A program made the translations under genes and the position numbers. From the NCBI GenBank assembly GCA_035480055.1, contig DATIIB010000003.1:39053-103052 (forward strand): a DNA stretch of 64,000 nucleotides. The letters are read 5' to 3'. Of this stretch, positions 52,369 through 59,807 are shown piece by piece. Under the pieces are notes generated by a model. It did not search any database. It was not told the origin of the DNA and was given only the letters and a program-made list of their open reading frames with translations. Origin of the DNA: Candidatus Saccharimonadales bacterium. Lineage in GTDB: Bacteria > Patescibacteriota > Saccharimonadia > Saccharimonadales > DASZAF01. The stretch's first letter is position 1. Each line of letters starts with the position of its first letter.

Positions 52369-53628
52369 ATGACTAAGGCGAAGCCGACGCCCACTCTCGA
52401 ATTCCCTAAAAAGTTTTTTTGGGGTGCCTCCACAGCTGCCCATCAAGTGGAAGGCGGCAATCATAACCAGTGGTCGGTGTGGGAGCTGGAAAATGCAGCC
52501 ACTCGCGCCCAGCAAGCCAAGTATGAATTTAAAGATTTGCCCGTATGGAACGACATAAAAGAGCAAGCCACCAAGCCAGCTAATTATATTTCGGGCAAAG
52601 CCGCTGATCATTATGTACGCTACGAAGCTGATTTTGATATTTTGACCGAGCTTAATATGAACGCCTTTCGATTTAGCATTGAATGGTCGCGAATCGAACC
52701 TGAAGAAGGAGTATGGGATCCGCTCGCACTCGAGCATTATCGGCTATATTTGCACGCTCTGAAGCGCCGGCATATTGAACCGATTGTCACATTGTGGCAT
52801 TGGACGCTTCCAGAATGGTTTGCGGCGAAAGGTGGATTTGAAAAACGGAGTAATGTTGCGTACTTCACGCGGTTTGCCGAAAAGGTGCTGCAAGAACTGG
52901 GGGCAGATTTTCGCTACGTGATTCCTTTGAATGAACCCGTTATTTATACCAACTTCAGCTATCGCGAACAGAACTGGCCGCCGGCTCAGGCGAGTAAGCG
53001 GCAGGCTTTAAAAGTCTACTGCAATCTGATTCGTGCGCACAAGCAAGTCTACCGCGCCGCGAAGCAGATCAACCGCAAATTTGTGGTGGGCAGCGCCGAA
53101 AACTGTGCGCATATTTACCCTGGCGATGATGCCTGGCTGTCGCGTCTAAGTGCCAAAGCGGCGATTTGGGGCAACGACTTCTTTTTGCGGCGGATTCGGC
53201 GCCAGCTTGATTTTATCGGGCTGAATTATTATTTTAGTAATCGCTTTTATGGCAATCGCGTGCACAACGAAGACGACCGGGTGAACGATATGGGCTGGGA
53301 CATGCAGCCGCAAGACATTGAATTTGTGCTGCGTCGGCTGCACGCCAAGTTCGATTTGCCGATTATCATTACCGAAAACGGCGTAGCAGATCACAAAGAC
53401 GAATGGCGCCAATGGTGGCTGATGGAAACGATTTTGGCCATGCAGCGCGCCATGGATAACGGAGTGAAACTCGAGGGATATTTGCACTGGAGTTTGTTAG
53501 ATAATTTTGAATGGGCTCATGGTTTTTGGCCCCGATTCGGTCTGGTTGAGGTAGACTTTACAACGCAAACGCGTACAATACGTGAAAGTGCCAAGTGGTT
53601 TGGCAAGACAATCAAAAAGTTACGATAA
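52369..53628 (+). CDS. Glycoside hydrolase family 1 beta-glucosidase
   Basis: FFWGASTAAHQVEGG, catalytic acid/base LNEP and nucleophile ITENG. Confidence 0.9.
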   Translation: MTKAKPTPTLEFPKKFFWGASTAAHQVEGGNHNQWSVWELENAATRAQQAKYEFKDLPVWNDIKEQATKPANYISGKAADHYVRYEADFDILTELNMNAFRFSIEWSRIEPEEGVWDPLALEHYRLYLHALKRRHIEPIVTLWHWTLPEWFAAKGGFEKRSNVAYFTRFAEKVLQELGADFRYVIPLNEPVIYTNFSYREQNWPPAQASKRQALKVYCNLIRAHKQVYRAAKQINRKFVVGSAENCAHIYPGDDAWLSRLSAKAAIWGNDFFLRRIRRQLDFIGLNYYFSNRFYGNRVHNEDDRVNDMGWDMQPQDIEFVLRRLHAKFDLPIIITENGVADHKDEWRQWWLMETILAMQRAMDNGVKLEGYLHWSLLDNFEWAHGFWPRFGLVEVDFTTQTRTIRESAKWFGKTIKKLR

Positions 53629-53640
53629 ACAGGACAGCAT

Positions 53641-54645
53641 ATGGAAGTGAATGGCGCACGGATCGTGGTTATTGGTGGCGGCACCGGAAGTTTTGCCTTG
53701 CTCAGTGGCTTAAAACATTACACTAAAGAATTGACCGCGCTGGTGAATATGGTTGACGATGGCGGCTCCACCGGCACGCTGCGAGATGAGCTTGGCGTCT
53801 TGCCTCCAGGCGATGCCCGGCAATGTTTGGTGGCGCTGTCGCATTCGCCCAAGGTGCGTGATCTTTTTAATTATCGTTTTGAAGAAGGCGCGTTACGCGG
53901 CCATGCGTTTGGTAACCTCTTTTTAACTGCTTTGGAAAAACTGACCGGCAGCTTTGCGGAAGCGATCGAAACCGCATCCGACGTACTGTGCGTGGAAGGG
54001 CGAGTGGTGCCGGCTACGCTGGACGATGTGCGTCTTAAGATGAGTTGGCCAGATACGCAGATGGTTCTTTCTGGCGAGCGGGTCATCGATACTGAGCAAT
54101 TTGCGCATGACCCGCGGCAAGCTGCCTTGAGCTTGGTTCCCGCAGCACGCGCTAATCCGGTTGGGCTACAGGCCATTGCCGACGCCGACATGGTGGTTTT
54201 GGCGCCTGGGGATCTGTATACGTCGCTCGGTCCGGTGTTGGTGGCCAAAGGATATCAGGAAGCTTTAGCGAATACCAAAGCAAAAATTGTCTACGTCTGT
54301 AATTTGGTAACCAAAAAAGGGCAAACCGACGGTTTTACGATCAGCGATCATGCTGCCGAGATTGAACGCTTTGCCGGCAGCCCCATTATTGATGTGCTTT
54401 TATATAATCAGAGCGAACCTCAGCAAAAACTTTTGGCAAAGTACGCCAAAGAAGGCGAGTATTGGGTGACAGCCGATAAGCCCACGCTTGCCGCTCAGCG
54501 ATACCGGTCAATCGCGGGGAACTTTTTGTCCGATACGTTGCCGCCCAAAGCGAGTAAAGCTGATCCACTGGCGCGGCAGCGGACGCTCATCCGTCATGAC
54601 CCAATTAAAATCGCCAAGGCACTGATGAAATTATATTTTGAATAG
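53641..54645 (+). CDS. yvcK: YvcK/CofD-family gluconeogenesis-morphology factor
   Basis: IVVIGGGTGSFALLSGLK, VNMVDDGGSTG.LR and PPGD.RQCL are typical of YvcK. Confidence 0.85.
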   Translation: MEVNGARIVVIGGGTGSFALLSGLKHYTKELTALVNMVDDGGSTGTLRDELGVLPPGDARQCLVALSHSPKVRDLFNYRFEEGALRGHAFGNLFLTALEKLTGSFAEAIETASDVLCVEGRVVPATLDDVRLKMSWPDTQMVLSGERVIDTEQFAHDPRQAALSLVPAARANPVGLQAIADADMVVLAPGDLYTSLGPVLVAKGYQEALANTKAKIVYVCNLVTKKGQTDGFTISDHAAEIERFAGSPIIDVLLYNQSEPQQKLLAKYAKEGEYWVTADKPTLAAQRYRSIAGNFLSDTLPPKASKADPLARQRTLIRHDPIKIAKALMKLYFE

Positions 54646-54688
54646 AAGTCGCTTGTCTGATTGCTCATACTCCAGTAAGCTAAAAGAC

Positions 54689-55540
54689 GTGCAAAAAACA
54701 TCAATCTCCACCGCTGTGATTGCCATGGCGGGGTGGGGGACCCGTTGGCTCCCGCTTACCAAATCAATTGAAAAGTGTATGTTACCTGTTGGAACTCGAC
54801 CGGTTATCGATTGGGTCGTTGCGGATTGTGTCAGGGCGGGCGTGACCCGAATTATTTTTGTGATTGGCAAAGAGCATGTTCAGATTCGTCATTATTACAG
54901 CCATAACGCAGAGTTAGAGCAATATCTAACCGATAAAAACAAAGTTTCGGCGCTGGAAGCGGTGCGCCAGCCGGAATATGAAGGCGTGCGTTTTGAGTTT
55001 GTAGTGCAGCCCAAGGACACCTATGGCACAGCGATTCCTCTGGCTCTGGCCGCTGCCAAACTGGATGCTGATGAATCTTTTCTATTTTTGAATGGCGATG
55101 ATTTTATTTACCGTCCGGATGGCGGCACCGAACTGGGCGATATGATTGCAGCGTGGCAAGAAAGTGGCGCCGATGGCGCAGTGATGACCAAAGTTATTCC
55201 CAAAGCAGAGGCAAGCAAATATGGCGTTGTGTTCAGTGACGCCGATGGCGCTTTTGTGAAGATTCACGAAAAGCCATCCCAGGCCGAGCTCGGCGATCTT
55301 GCGACGCCAAGCGTTAATCTGGGCAAATACATTCTTAACCCCCACATGCTGCGGCTAACCGCGGCGTATGTCGCTCAGCCAACCATTAATGCTGATGGTG
55401 AGTACTACGTGACGGATATCTGCAACCAAGCGGCCCAGGAAGGCCAACACTTGCGTGTGCACTATATTACCGGCGAGCACTTGGATGCCGGCAACCCCAC
55501 CAACTGGCTGCACGCCAACCAAACGGTGCTGCAGCAGTAG
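54689..55540 (+). CDS. Sugar-1-phosphate nucleotidyltransferase (UTP--glucose-1-phosphate uridylyltransferase-like)
   Basis: N-terminal AVIAMAGWGTRWLPLTKSIEKCMLPV resembles the GalU G-x-G-T-R-x-L-P motif. The GTG start at 54689 gives a canonical N-terminus; the ORF-track TTG is at 54638. Confidence 0.7.
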   Translation: MQKTSISTAVIAMAGWGTRWLPLTKSIEKCMLPVGTRPVIDWVVADCVRAGVTRIIFVIGKEHVQIRHYYSHNAELEQYLTDKNKVSALEAVRQPEYEGVRFEFVVQPKDTYGTAIPLALAAAKLDADESFLFLNGDDFIYRPDGGTELGDMIAAWQESGADGAVMTKVIPKAEASKYGVVFSDADGAFVKIHEKPSQAELGDLATPSVNLGKYILNPHMLRLTAAYVAQPTINADGEYYVTDICNQAAQEGQHLRVHYITGEHLDAGNPTNWLHANQTVLQQ

Positions 55541-55562
55541 TTATACACAGGCGTACAAGGAG

Positions 55563-55590
55563 CTCCCCAACAGGGGAGTTTTTATTTTTT
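55563..55590 (+). terminator. Strong intrinsic terminator after the nucleotidyltransferase gene, upstream of the dcw cluster
   Basis: Stem CTCCCC/GGGGAG with an AACA loop, followed by TTTTTATTTTTT. Confidence 0.8.
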
Positions 55591-55655
55591 GTCCACATAA
55601 CTGTGGATAACTAGGTGGGGAGCTGTATGCATTCTTGTGACAAATATACTTGCAA

Positions 55656-55703
55656 GTGGGTAGGAGTGGGTAGTAGACTATGGCTAGTGGGTAAGCGTGG
55701 GTA
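55656..55703 (+). promoter_or_regulatory. Four GTGGGTA direct repeats: candidate MraZ operator
   Basis: GTGGGTA occurs at 55656, 55666, 55687 and 55697 (offsets 0, 10, 31, 41 nt), upstream of mraZ. This resembles the 10-nt-phased TGGGN repeats bound by E. coli MraZ. Confidence 0.6.
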
Positions 55704-55768
55704 GCCAGACAAAGGCTAGTCACAAAAATAAAAACCACTGCACTATAAAAACATCTAAGGTGACCCGA

Positions 55769-56128
55769 GTGACAGATTACTTTGAGCGCAGACTCGACGA
55801 TAAGCGGCGGCTGACAATTCCAGCCGAGCTTCGGGCAGAATTTGCACAAGGAGTGGTCATAACTCGTGGCTTCCGGAACTACCTTCACCTCTATCCAAAG
55901 CAGGTGTGGGACGAGCAAGTTGAACCACAACTCAAGGGGAGTATCCTCGACGAGAAAGTGGCGGACTTAAACGTACAGTTTCGAAGTGGCAAGGCCGATA
56001 CCGAGCTTGATGGCAAGCAGGGTCGTGTCTCGATCGAGCAGCATTTGCTGGATTACGCTGGTATCACCAAAGAAGTAGTCGCGGTTCGCGCCGGTGCCTA
56101 TTGGCGGATAATGCCAAAAAGCGTCTAA
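55769..56128 (+). CDS. mraZ: Transcriptional regulator MraZ (short form)
   Basis: Two DxxxR-type SpoVT/AbrB-like motifs (LDDKRRLTIP, LDGKQGRVSI). The GTG at 55769 aligns the first motif as in E. coli MraZ. The ORF-track start at 55697 lies in the operator repeats. Confidence 0.75.
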   Translation: MTDYFERRLDDKRRLTIPAELRAEFAQGVVITRGFRNYLHLYPKQVWDEQVEPQLKGSILDEKVADLNVQFRSGKADTELDGKQGRVSIEQHLLDYAGITKEVVAVRAGAYWRIMPKSV

Positions 56129-56418
56129 GCGCAAGCAAGCCCTTGTTCATTAACAATTTGGCGACACAAGCAAAGCTTACGGCTCACTCCGAGGTCAGCT
56201 ATCTGGTAGTCAGTGGATGGCAGGTGAACACCATCAAAAGTAACGTTCAAGTACCTTATGCGAAAGCACAATAAAACACCTCCCAAAAAAACTCCACCTC
56301 ACACATAAGTCTCTCAAAAAACACTTAATGGGCTTTTCACTTAGAGATTTTCTTAGTAAAATCTCTCCACTACAACAGCTCCATTACACAAAAACAAAAA
56401 CATTGCACAAAAAACAAA

Positions 56419-56424
56419 TATACT
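56419..56424 (+). promoter_or_regulatory. -10-like TATACT upstream of rsmH (possible internal dcw promoter)
   Basis: 13 nt to GTG 56438 and 25 nt to ATG 56450. Confidence 0.3.
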
Positions 56425-56449
56425 GACTACTAGATAGGTGACCTCGAGA

Positions 56450-57358
56450 ATGAAAAAAAATACACCACCACAACAACTCCACATGCCGGTGCTGCTTGAG
56501 CAGACGCTACTAGTACTTGGGCCCAAGAAAGGCGAGAGCTATCTCGACTTGACGGCTGGGTATGGTGGCCATGCAAAAGCGGTAATCGACACCACAGGAG
56601 TGCCAAGCAAAGCGGTCTTAGTTGATCGTGATGAGAATGCCATTGCCGAGTTAGGCTCGTTCCAAGCGCAAGGGGCTACTTTGTTGCACACTGATTTTTA
56701 TCAGGCAGCACAGCAACTTGCCAAGAATGGCCAACGCTTTGATATGGTATTGCTTGATTTGGGGGTGTCGTCACCACAGCTAGACCGAGCTGAGCGTGGA
56801 TTCAGTTTTGCCCATGGCGGTCCTTTGGATATGCGCATGGACAATCGGGAACCACGAACTGCTGCCGATCTGGTAAATACCCTGGGTGAGACTGAGCTTG
56901 CCGAGTTAATTTGGAAGTATGGTGAAGAGCCAAAATCGCGGGCCATTGCTAAGGCAATCGTCCACAATCGACCCTTCACAACTACCGATCAACTCGCCAC
57001 AACCGTCGCCACCGCCACTCGTTGGGGAAGAAGCAAAGTTCATCCCGCAACGCGCACCTTTCAAGCATTACGCATCGCTGTCAACCGCGAGCTGGAACTG
57101 CTGGAATCAACACTCTCGTTATTGCCAAGTCTTTTGACTCCTGGCGGCAGAGTGGCGATTATCAGTTTTCATAGCCTCGAAGACCGGATCGTCAAACATT
57201 TTCTAAAAGATTTGACCGAAGCCGGCTACGAAGCAGAGTTCGCTCCACTGACCAAAAAACCAATCAGCGGTGCCACCGAAGACGTTCACAATCCGCGAGC
57301 CCGTAGCGCCAAGTTACGAGCCGCTGTGAAAATAAAAAACCAAAAAGAAAGGAGTTAG
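56450..57358 (+). CDS. rsmH: 16S rRNA (cytosine1402-N4)-methyltransferase RsmH
   Basis: HMPVLL.E, DLTAGYGGH, DLGVSS.QLD and FHSLEDR motifs. Alternative GTG start at 56438. Confidence 0.9.
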   Translation: MKKNTPPQQLHMPVLLEQTLLVLGPKKGESYLDLTAGYGGHAKAVIDTTGVPSKAVLVDRDENAIAELGSFQAQGATLLHTDFYQAAQQLAKNGQRFDMVLLDLGVSSPQLDRAERGFSFAHGGPLDMRMDNREPRTAADLVNTLGETELAELIWKYGEEPKSRAIAKAIVHNRPFTTTDQLATTVATATRWGRSKVHPATRTFQALRIAVNRELELLESTLSLLPSLLTPGGRVAIISFHSLEDRIVKHFLKDLTEAGYEAEFAPLTKKPISGATEDVHNPRARSAKLRAAVKIKNQKERS

Positions 57359-57361
57359 ATC

Positions 57362-57436
57362 ATGAGACAGACTATCCACGTCAAGATCAAAGACCTTACT
57401 CCAAAAGCTTACGAAGTACTGGTTCGCCAGGGCTAA
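57362..57436 (+). CDS. Possible 24-aa small ORF (MRQTIHVKIKDLTPKAYEVLVRQG)
   Basis: The ATG lies 7 nt after an AAAGGAG SD embedded in the rsmH 3' end. No conservation evidence is available. Confidence 0.15.
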   Translation: MRQTIHVKIKDLTPKAYEVLVRQG

Positions 57437-57447
57437 GCAAGCTTTTC

Positions 57448-57486
57448 GAGACTCACCAGCCACAAAAACAAAGGCTGGTGAGTCTC
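57448..57486 (+). other. Perfect 14-bp hairpin between rsmH and ftsL (not terminator-like)
   Basis: GAGACTCACCAGCC (57448-61), an 11-nt A/C loop, then GGCTGGTGAGTCTC (57473-86). Followed by an A-rich tract rather than a T-tract. Confidence 0.7.
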
Positions 57487-57524
57487 ACCAAAATAAAAAA
57501 TAAAAATAAGAAAGAATTCCACCA

Positions 57525-57860
57525 ATGTCTCAGTATGCTGCTGCAACCATGGAATCTCGCATGTGGCGACGCAACCAAAATACGGTGCGACATCAGATCG
57601 AAAAAGGTGGCCTCGGACCTGTAGCCCACGTAGTGTTAATTGCATTAATGCTGTGTGTGTTGGGCCTGATTTATCTTACGCAAATCACCAAAACAAGTAC
57701 GTACGGCTACGAGATTCAAAAATTACAATCGCAAAAAACTGCCCTTGCAGACCAAAAGCAGGTCTTGCAGGTTGAAGCCGCCAGATTGCAGGCTCTCGAC
57801 CAAGTGAAGAAGGGGAGTGTCGGCATGGTGCAGCCTGCGAATACGGATTACGTGCAGTAG
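57525..57860 (+). CDS. ftsL: Cell division protein FtsL-like (septum formation initiator)
   Basis: 111 aa with a short cytoplasmic tail, one TM and an extracytoplasmic leucine-zipper-like coiled coil. Sits at the canonical dcw position. Confidence 0.7.
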   Translation: MSQYAAATMESRMWRRNQNTVRHQIEKGGLGPVAHVVLIALMLCVLGLIYLTQITKTSTYGYEIQKLQSQKTALADQKQVLQVEAARLQALDQVKKGSVGMVQPANTDYVQ

Positions 57861-57884
57861 ATGTTAAAGATGATCTCCCTCAAC

Positions 57885-57974
57885 CTCCGCGGGTCCTGTC
57901 GCCTGATCCGCCCCTAAATTTTTTATGAATACATAAAACAATTTTGGGGCAGCCCCGTCAGGCACCACCCGCTC
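57885..57974 (-). repeat. Copy 2 of the ~90-nt long-hairpin repeat element (opposite orientation), between ftsL and ftsI
   Basis: The reverse complement aligns base-for-base with 26291-26380. Differences are concentrated in one stem segment and preserve pairing. Confidence 0.85.
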
Positions 57975-58041
57975 GTACCATGTGGAAGACGAGATGTTCG
58001 TAAGCGAAGTCTTGAGGGGAAAATGATAAAATGAAACATAA

Positions 58042-59790
58042 ATGAACCAACAAAGAACAACCATACACCGAGCCCATATGCTGTGGGGGTTTTTGGCGAT
58101 TTGCGGGTTGTTATTTGGAGTTCGTTTATTTTACTTGCAAGTTTTGCGCCATGATTATTACGAGACGCAAGCGGTTGCTGAACATCAAAAGAAGTTTGTG
58201 CTCCCCGCCAAGCGTGGGCTGATTTACGCTCATGACCGAACCGGCATTACACCGCTCGTCCTCAACCAACCGGTGTTTCTCCTGTACGCTGATCCGCGCT
58301 ACGTCCGCGACCCCAAGGCAACCGCTGAAACGATTGCTCATTACGTGGGCGGCGATATTAGTGAGTATCAAAAATTGCTCTCCCAGAGTGATCACTCATA
58401 TGTGGTGCTGGCCAAAAAGATCACCAAGAATCAAGCTGATGGCATTACCAAAGCGCAACTATACGGAGTGGGGCTCACTCAATCTGAAGAGCGGGTCTAT
58501 CCCGAAGGCGAGCTTGGCGCGCAGATGCTGGGCTTTGTCAACGACGAAGGGGTAGGGCAGTATGGCCTGGAAGGCGCGTTGGATGATCGTTTGCACGGCA
58601 CAGATGGTTTGTTAAAGGCGGTGACCGATGTGCGCGGTATTCCGCTTTCGATTACCAATCAGAATGTCATGAAGCCAGCCCAAGATGGGGCTAACGTGGT
58701 TCTCTCGGTTGATCGCAATGTGCAAGGCTACGCCGAGCAGGCCCTAAAGGCCGGACTGGATAAAGTGCATGCGACCAAAGGCAGCGCCTTGGTGATGGAC
58801 CCTCAAACCGGCGAAGTCATCGCCATGGCAAACTACCCAACGTACGATCCGTCTAAATATACCGATGTCAAAGATTACTCAGTCTTCCAGAACAAGACGG
58901 TCAGCGATCCGTACGAGGCCGGTTCGGACATTAAAGTACTGACCATGTCGGCTGGGATAAACGAAAACGTGGTGCACAAAACCACGCAATTCGACAATCG
59001 CAATCAAGTGCAAGTGGGCGACGCCACGATCCACAATGTAGAGCAACACACTGGGCCAACCACTATGCAACAGGTACTGGACCTGTCGCTTAACACTGGA
59101 GTGGTGTTTGTGCTGCAGCAACTTGGCGGCGGGAGCATCAACTACCAGGCGCGGCAGAAATTCTTCCATTACTTTACGGATAAGTTTGGCTTTGGTAAAA
59201 AGACCGGCATTGAGCAGGCCGGCGAAGCTCCGGGCTACATCTTTTCGCCCGACGATGAACAGGGCAATAATGTGCGATACGCCAACATGACGTTTGGACA
59301 GGGGATGACCGAAAGCATGATTCAGGTCGCTTCGGCTTTCAGTAGTGTCATTAATGGCGGCACCTACTACCAGCCGCATCTGGTGAGCGGGACCTATAAT
59401 GCTGACACAGAGCAGGTTACCAAGGAACTCCCCAAGGTTGAGCGAAGTGGCGTGGTTACTGCAGCAACTTCGGCTGAGATTCGCGACATGATTATTACCG
59501 CGCTGCGTGACACCCCAGCCCTGAAGGCTGCGAACCGCGCTGGCTATAACATTGGAGGTAAGACGGGCACCTCGCAGATTATCGATCCAAAGACGGGCCA
59601 GTATTCGGATAACAATGCGATCGGGACCTATGTCGGTTTCGGTGGTAATGAGACCCCTAAATATGTGATAATGGTACGTGTTGATGATTCTCAAGCCGGC
59701 GGCTATGCTGGTTCGGCCGCGGCCGCGCCTATCTTCGCCGATATCTCCAACTGGTTGCTTGATTACTATAAGATTCCGCCCGTAAAATAA
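58042..59790 (+). CDS. ftsI: Penicillin-binding protein 2B/FtsI-type transpeptidase
   Basis: N-terminal TM, PBP dimerisation domain and transpeptidase motifs (SxxK-type AGSDIKV, SLN, KTGTS). Confidence 0.9.
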   Translation: MNQQRTTIHRAHMLWGFLAICGLLFGVRLFYLQVLRHDYYETQAVAEHQKKFVLPAKRGLIYAHDRTGITPLVLNQPVFLLYADPRYVRDPKATAETIAHYVGGDISEYQKLLSQSDHSYVVLAKKITKNQADGITKAQLYGVGLTQSEERVYPEGELGAQMLGFVNDEGVGQYGLEGALDDRLHGTDGLLKAVTDVRGIPLSITNQNVMKPAQDGANVVLSVDRNVQGYAEQALKAGLDKVHATKGSALVMDPQTGEVIAMANYPTYDPSKYTDVKDYSVFQNKTVSDPYEAGSDIKVLTMSAGINENVVHKTTQFDNRNQVQVGDATIHNVEQHTGPTTMQQVLDLSLNTGVVFVLQQLGGGSINYQARQKFFHYFTDKFGFGKKTGIEQAGEAPGYIFSPDDEQGNNVRYANMTFGQGMTESMIQVASAFSSVINGGTYYQPHLVSGTYNADTEQVTKELPKVERSGVVTAATSAEIRDMIITALRDTPALKAANRAGYNIGGKTGTSQIIDPKTGQYSDNNAIGTYVGFGGNETPKYVIMVRVDDSQAGGYAGSAAAAPIFADISNWLLDYYKIPPVK

Positions 59791-59807
59791 GAGGAGCTTC
59801 CAATTTC

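Noticed and set aside
55589-55610. Pair of DnaA-box-like 9-mers considered as a replication origin
   Set aside because: There are only two boxes, no AT-rich unwinding element or further box cluster nearby, and no dnaA or dnaN in the window. One perfect 9-mer is roughly expected by chance in 64 kb of double-stranded sequence. It is kept only as a minor note in the mraZ-upstream finding.
55541-55930. 129-aa minus-strand ORF covering the mraZ upstream region and the 5' end of mraZ
   Set aside because: It overlaps a strong terminator, the GTGGGTA operator repeats and the mraZ coding sequence. Its composition is odd and it has no SD. It is judged spurious.
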